In this document: one piece after another, positions 58,841 through 64,000 of the stretch
How positions within the stretch are numbered: the first letter of the stretch is position 1
Layout of the letters: each line of letters opens with the position of its first letter
Assembly: GCA_004764695.1 (NCBI GenBank)
Contig: SMSO01000031.1
Coordinates: 3,572,436 to 3,636,435, forward strand
Source: Schizochytrium sp. TIO01
Lineage: Eukaryota > Protista > Bigyra: Labyrinthulomycetes
Direction of reading: 5' to 3'
DNA: 64,000 nucleotides
Position numbers and translations under genes: made by a program
Notes under the pieces: generated by a model
Databases searched by the model: none
What the model was told of the DNA's origin: nothing
What the model saw: the letters and a program-made list of their open reading frames with translations, nothing else

Positions 58841-59088
58841 CGCCGCTTCTTTGCTTGCTACCTAAATGTATAAGACTATCCTAGGCGCAGGTAGAATCCT
58901 GGAGCGCTCGAAACTATCGAAATCGAAATCTGCGTCAATCAAAATCAGAGAAACCAAAACTTGAGCCAAAATTGGAGTCGAAGACGTCACTGTAAATGCG
59001 ATCGCAAGTGCAAAAGCCGGTGAAGACGTGACCAGAATGGGGTGGGTTCGCCAGAGTTGAACTTGAAGGCAGACTTTGCGAGATGGAT

Positions 59089-59116
59089 GTTTGTTTGTTT
59101 GTTTGTTTGTTTGTTT
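59089..59116. repeat. (GTTT)7 microsatellite
   Basis: Seen directly. Confidence 0.9.
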
Positions 59117-62100
59117 GGCGAAAGGAGGTAGGTATTACAGAAGGCGGCGCTCTTTTGTTGGTGAGATCGAAGGACTGACTGTATAAGAAGATAAAGAAGA
59201 AAGAGGAGTACTTCCTGCCGTGCCGACGTCCTTCCTCAGCGCCTGATACACCCGGTTCCAGGGCACTAGCTCTGCTGCCCTGAGCTGGGCCTAGGTGATT
59301 GATTCTGCAGGTTGGAGGCTTGTCTCCAACAGCTGCAGGAGAGGCGATGGAATGATATGGAGGGAGGGAAGAAGAAGAAGAAGAAGAAGTCAAAGGAGAC
59401 GCAAATACAAGAATACAAGATGCGCCGCTTCCACGACAACCTGAAGCAAGAAACCTGCTGACAGCCTTCCCTGGAGACGAACACGATCGTCTCAAGTCCT
59501 CGCCAAGCCTAAAGTATGCAGGACCTTTGCAGCCAGCAACGGAGAGTCGAACGCGTGGTTGAACGCGTGGAAGCCTGGCTGGATGGGTGAATGGCCGAGC
59601 GAGCGAGCGAGCGAGCAAGAGAGGTTACGCAGGGTCTCGATGGCGATGCTGATGCGGTCGATCAAGGCGCGACAACAGCGCAGTCCTAGCAACAACAAGA
59701 GGAATGCCGAAGTCTGCCCGCCCCGTGCTCCCCCTTGGTGCCCAAGCCCGCTTATATCAGCTTCCGCGACAACCTGAATGACCGGCCTCGAGCGAGCGAG
59801 GGCCGAGTGAGGAATGCGGTAATGAAAGAGCGATCATGATGGAACTGGCGCGAATAGTTTAGAATTTTTTTCATTCTAAAATTCTTTACTCTTTTACTAA
59901 TTTGTTTTACACCACGGTGATTTTATTGAGTTTTTTAATTTAAAGAGAGACTTTGAAGACAGACATAGCGCTGTATTTCCCAGATGTAGGGCTATTTAAA
60001 ATTTCAATTAAAAGTAAAAATAATAACAATATTATAATAAATCGTCAATTTTCAATTTGTTATATACTGTTGGCGCTTTTCTTTTCGAAGAGAAGAAAAG
60101 TACTACCTGCTACTACTGCATATTTACTTATACGAGATGATGCTGGGCACCTGCAATCTTGTCCTTTGTTTTTGCCTGCAATGCGAAGTAAGCTCTCTCT
60201 CTGAGCAAAAACAAGAAGCGCGAATGAACTCCATAGTAGGTTAGAAAGATCAATCAATATTGGTTGTGGAGATTATTTCGAAGTGTACTCTCTCTAATCA
60301 CCATTAACTATTACTATGCCCTCTTAGTTAGTACCTTTGCGCGATATTTCACAGACTGTGTACTCTGGCGAGGGATTCCTAAGGCCTGGTAGGCAGGGCC
60401 TACCACAGAGAAAAAAAGGAAGAGGGCAATGATCGTCTTTAGGAAGGCCTGGAATAAGAATCAATCAAATGCATGCGCTACGCTGGTTGCCTGCCTCCCT
60501 TTTGCTCCAGCCACCAACCCCAGGCCCAAAGACCGACTTCTACCCAGGTATTTCCAGTGTTCTCACGGCCATCCTCACTTTGTTTCGTAGGGTCCGATGC
60601 GATGCTACTGTGGAAAGAAACGAAGAAAGAAACAAAGAAAGAAATAAAGAAAGAAACAAGCAAAGTCTATTGATCGAAAAGAAGTCTTCGCCAATGGATG
60701 CCTTATTATTGTATGATATCAGGCTTTAAGAGCTTGTCTCGCTCTAGCTAGATGCTTAAAAAGCAGGTTCTCAGGCGTAATGAATGGTAGTATCGTGTCT
60801 GAAAGAAATGACAACAACCATAGGATTGAATGAATACCTGAATACTTTGGAATACAGAAGAGAACGTACTCTAAATTTCAATATTTATTTATTTATTTTA
60901 TAACAAAAAAGTTAATATGAAATAATTGGTTAAAAGAAGACAGACTGCTCAGCGTGCGACGCACGGCGCGGCTGAGAGTCCCTGAGCGAAGGGTACGTCT
61001 TCTGGTTGTGTGGTAGTGGCCTTGGTCAGTCACGAGCATATTAAATCAAGAGCAGGGCTGGATTGGCAAGGACCGTCCAGCAGCTTCCGAAGCCGTTCCT
61101 GGCAATTGCAGCGCGGACGGAATTGAGAGTCTTTGACGGCAAATCTGTGTTCCCATAGCGAGAAACTTATTCGTCTTCTTTCAGTGTTCTAGCTTCTTCT
61201 ATTACTATTCTTATGCTACAATGGAAAAGTTTTTTTAATGAATGAAATAAAACATGGAAAACATGGGCTGTGCTTTCTTTTTGCTGTCACAGGGGATGAT
61301 TATAATGATGAAGGAAGGTGAACCAATTGAACGAATCGGAATCAAGTTCATGAATTTGCTACGCAATTTCGAGTGAGTTTTGGGCGAAACTCAGTTGGAT
61401 CCAGATTAGCGCCAAGCTATTTCTTTTGTTGGATTTTATCGATGATTTTGAGGGCAATTCTGATCTTTGGAAAAGAAGGATAAGAAGAAGAAGAAGACAG
61501 CCCTCTTGGAGAGAATCACTGGAAACAAGGAGAATTCTGTGAGGATAAAAATTAAAACTAACACTGCAAATTTTATGGTACTATGTATGCCTACTTCTTT
61601 CCCCCCGCAAACTGGGGTACACTAGGACCTGGGCTTAAGGCCTGCTGCCAAAAAAGTAAATGACAGGGTAGGTACTACCGCTTCATGGAGTTAATGAGCC
61701 CAACCACTAGAACTACGATCTAAAGTTCCCCATCCATCTCTATTTATTTTTGTTATTTGTACCAGAAATAAGAAGGCATAAAGATTTGGTTTAATTTTTG
61801 TTTTTTGATCTGATATTCTAATTTAAAATACAATAAGAAAAAATTAGGATCAAAGTTAAAATAAAGAGTATATATGTCTTCGTTATTTTCATCACAAAGC
61901 ACATTGCGCTCTGTGCGCTTCGAGGGCTCTTGCAGCACGACTTCTAAGATGCTCACGAGTTTGGAGAGCCCATGTTGCAATGGGTGAGCTCTATAGATGC
62001 CTCCACTGGATTGCCTTGTTCGGGCGAGGGCAACCAGTGGCTCTGGCACAGCTGGGTGCAGATTGAGCGGTGATGTGTGTTTAGATGGCAGCTGGGCAAC

Positions 62101-62349
62101 GAGCGAGCGAGCGAGCGAGCGAAGGAGACCGTTCTTGCCAAACAAAATAATCGACCGACAATGGTGACTGGCCTGATCCAGGCGGAGGCAATGCTAGAAG
62201 TTCTTGCATTGACAGATACTTGTACAGCAGCGAGACTTTTGATGCGGTGTCGCTGCCGTGGACATATGCATGAAAAAAAGAGATGGCAATTATGATTATT
62301 CTTTTGGAAATAAGTCTTGAGAAGTGCAGCATCGCCGCGGAGAGCAAAC

Positions 62350-62680
62350 TAATTTTAATTGGCGAGAACCTCGGTCAAGTCCTACTGCCCATTTCTTTAA
62401 AGCAGGCATTGGACAGCTTTGCAAGATTTTGAGTTCGTTGTCCAAGTCATTTATTTTGTGGATCGATCGTCTGTTCGATCAGTTGTTCACTAACTACTGC
62501 TTCAGTTCTGAAAGTTGTTCAGAGATCGTCGTCTATTTTTTCCAAGTACCTATCGTAGAATACTGCGGTTCCAATCATTCTTGCAATTGGAAATACTCCA
62601 AGCTAATCATTGGAGATTGTTCTGCATGCAAACGTAGCGTGTTGTTCTTAGAATCAACTTGTGGGGAATGGCAGCATCAG
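62350..62680 (-). pseudogene. Possible decayed coiled-coil gene fragment
   Basis: Minus frame reads ...LEYFQLQE*LEPQY...KK*TTISEQLSELKQ*LVNN*SNRRSIHKINDLDNELKILQ...; four stops (TGA/TAG), while the in-register antisense frame is open. No family recognised. Confidence 0.2.
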
Positions 62681-64000
62681 TTGGGTACAATGTCACTCAT
62701 ACAATTACTATTCCTGCTATTTTACCATTCCAGCCATGAAGGTTTAGTTTTTTTTAGTTTTAGTGTTTTTCTTCTGTTTTCTGTTTCTGTTTTCTATTTT
62801 CTTTTCTTCTTTTTAAAAACTTAGCTAGCTACCTAAGTCAACATCAGACTTGTGGTACAACTTCGACTTTGGTTTTACTAGCAGATACCAAGGCCTATGA
62901 AACTAATTTGATCACAAACACGACTTTCTAAATCTGGTGGGGCTCATGATTGCTGTCACGTAATTATTCTTTGAATCATTGCTTCTGTTTGAAGTCGTAG
63001 AATAAATTTGAGTCGTGAAACTAATTTGTGAATTCATAAAAAGCTAAAATGCCACAGTGCTTTGAGTGTTTTGAGCATCGAGTGCAAAACTTTTGGGGGA
63101 TCTATGAAGGGCTGATGCAGAGTCTAATATTTCATGAGTCTAGGACCATTGGTTGATCGTAAACTAAGAGAAACAAAGCTCTGGGCTTATCTCGAGTTTA
63201 AGACTTTCTCCGTTACCAAGTTTCATGTCCACGAAAAAGAAATCTCTTAGAGTGTCAAAGCTAGCCTAATTAGTAATATTCTTAGTAGATTGTAATTACC
63301 CATTTTCATTTTTAATCTTATTTGTTACCTACCATGAACTAGTACAGTTTAATTGTAAATTTTAAAATTAAAAACGCTCTTTAAAGGTTCAGCTTAGTAT
63401 AATGGTATGGTCATGTATGCAAAGAATGGATACCATGAAGAAATCGCGCGTTTCAATCGTGAGAAAGTCGTTGATCAATTGCATCAACTGCAGAAGACAA
63501 GAATAAATTCCCTAGGTTTATTGCCAACTATGTTTTATGTTGTTTCTTTATTCCAAATTGAATAAAAATTGATAGAACTCATAAGTAGTGAGGTTTTAAC
63601 AATTGAACATTGACGTAGCAACTAGCGTTTTTGGTTGTTGTGATTCTCTTGTGCATCTTTTTTTGCTCGAAAGTACTATTTGTTCGCCACCGATATTGAG
63701 CCATGAGGAAAAAGACATGCATGCAGCTGATGTCGGGAACTATAAAAGAATGTCCTGGACCATCTCATTATCGAAGTTGCAGCGCCTGAGACTCATTCAT
63801 ATCGTAGCGAATATATGCATCGGTCACAGTGTAGATTATTTATTCTGCAGCAACCGATGTATCAAGTACCACTGATTTGTGCCTGATACCAGTTTCCTTC
63901 GTTCGTCGTATACAGTTCCCCGCTGAAGACTCAGTAGCCATGGAGTGTAGGCTATTTCCTTTCCATCTTTTTGAAACCTCTTCCAAACAACCATGAAAGG

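Noticed and set aside
63690-63870. Minus-strand DGPGHSFI resembling a GTPase DxPGH motif
   Set aside because: No P-loop or NKxD nearby, and multiple stops.
1-64000. tRNA, rRNA, snRNA, telomeric repeats, transposase, reverse transcriptase or viral hallmark genes
   Set aside because: None recognised by eye; tRNAscan-SE, Infernal and HMM searches would be needed to exclude them formally.

Overview
Eukaryotic nuclear DNA: intron-poor long genes, AT-rich spacers, many microsatellites and one clear GT-AG intron. The style resembles a thraustochytrid/labyrinthulomycete stramenopile, which is an inference only. Thirteen protein-coding genes are supportable. Two are tandem ~2,100-aa paralogous cell-surface proteins (signal peptide, Asp-box propeller, CUB, Pmp-like beta-helix, EGF, FN3, Cys-rich repeats, ~9-TM TRP/Pkd2-like module). 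The others are a CANT1 apyrase, a USP32-like deubiquitinase, SGTA/Sgt2, a spliced UGT-like glycosyltransferase whose first exon the ORF track misses, CCS, UROD, NAA40, an AIFM2/FSP1-like flavoprotein, a RING-H2 protein, cystathionine gamma-lyase and an atypical cyclic-nucleotide phosphodiesterase. Three genes are each broken by one +1 frameshift; assembly insertion error is the simplest explanation, but recoding is testable. Intergenic DNA holds islands that look like decayed coding sequence (one Hsp70-like) and a recurring GGCCTACYAC-like word. I found no rRNA, tRNA, CRISPR array or intact transposon. The best candidate for an undescribed system is the giant tandem receptor/channel-like pair.
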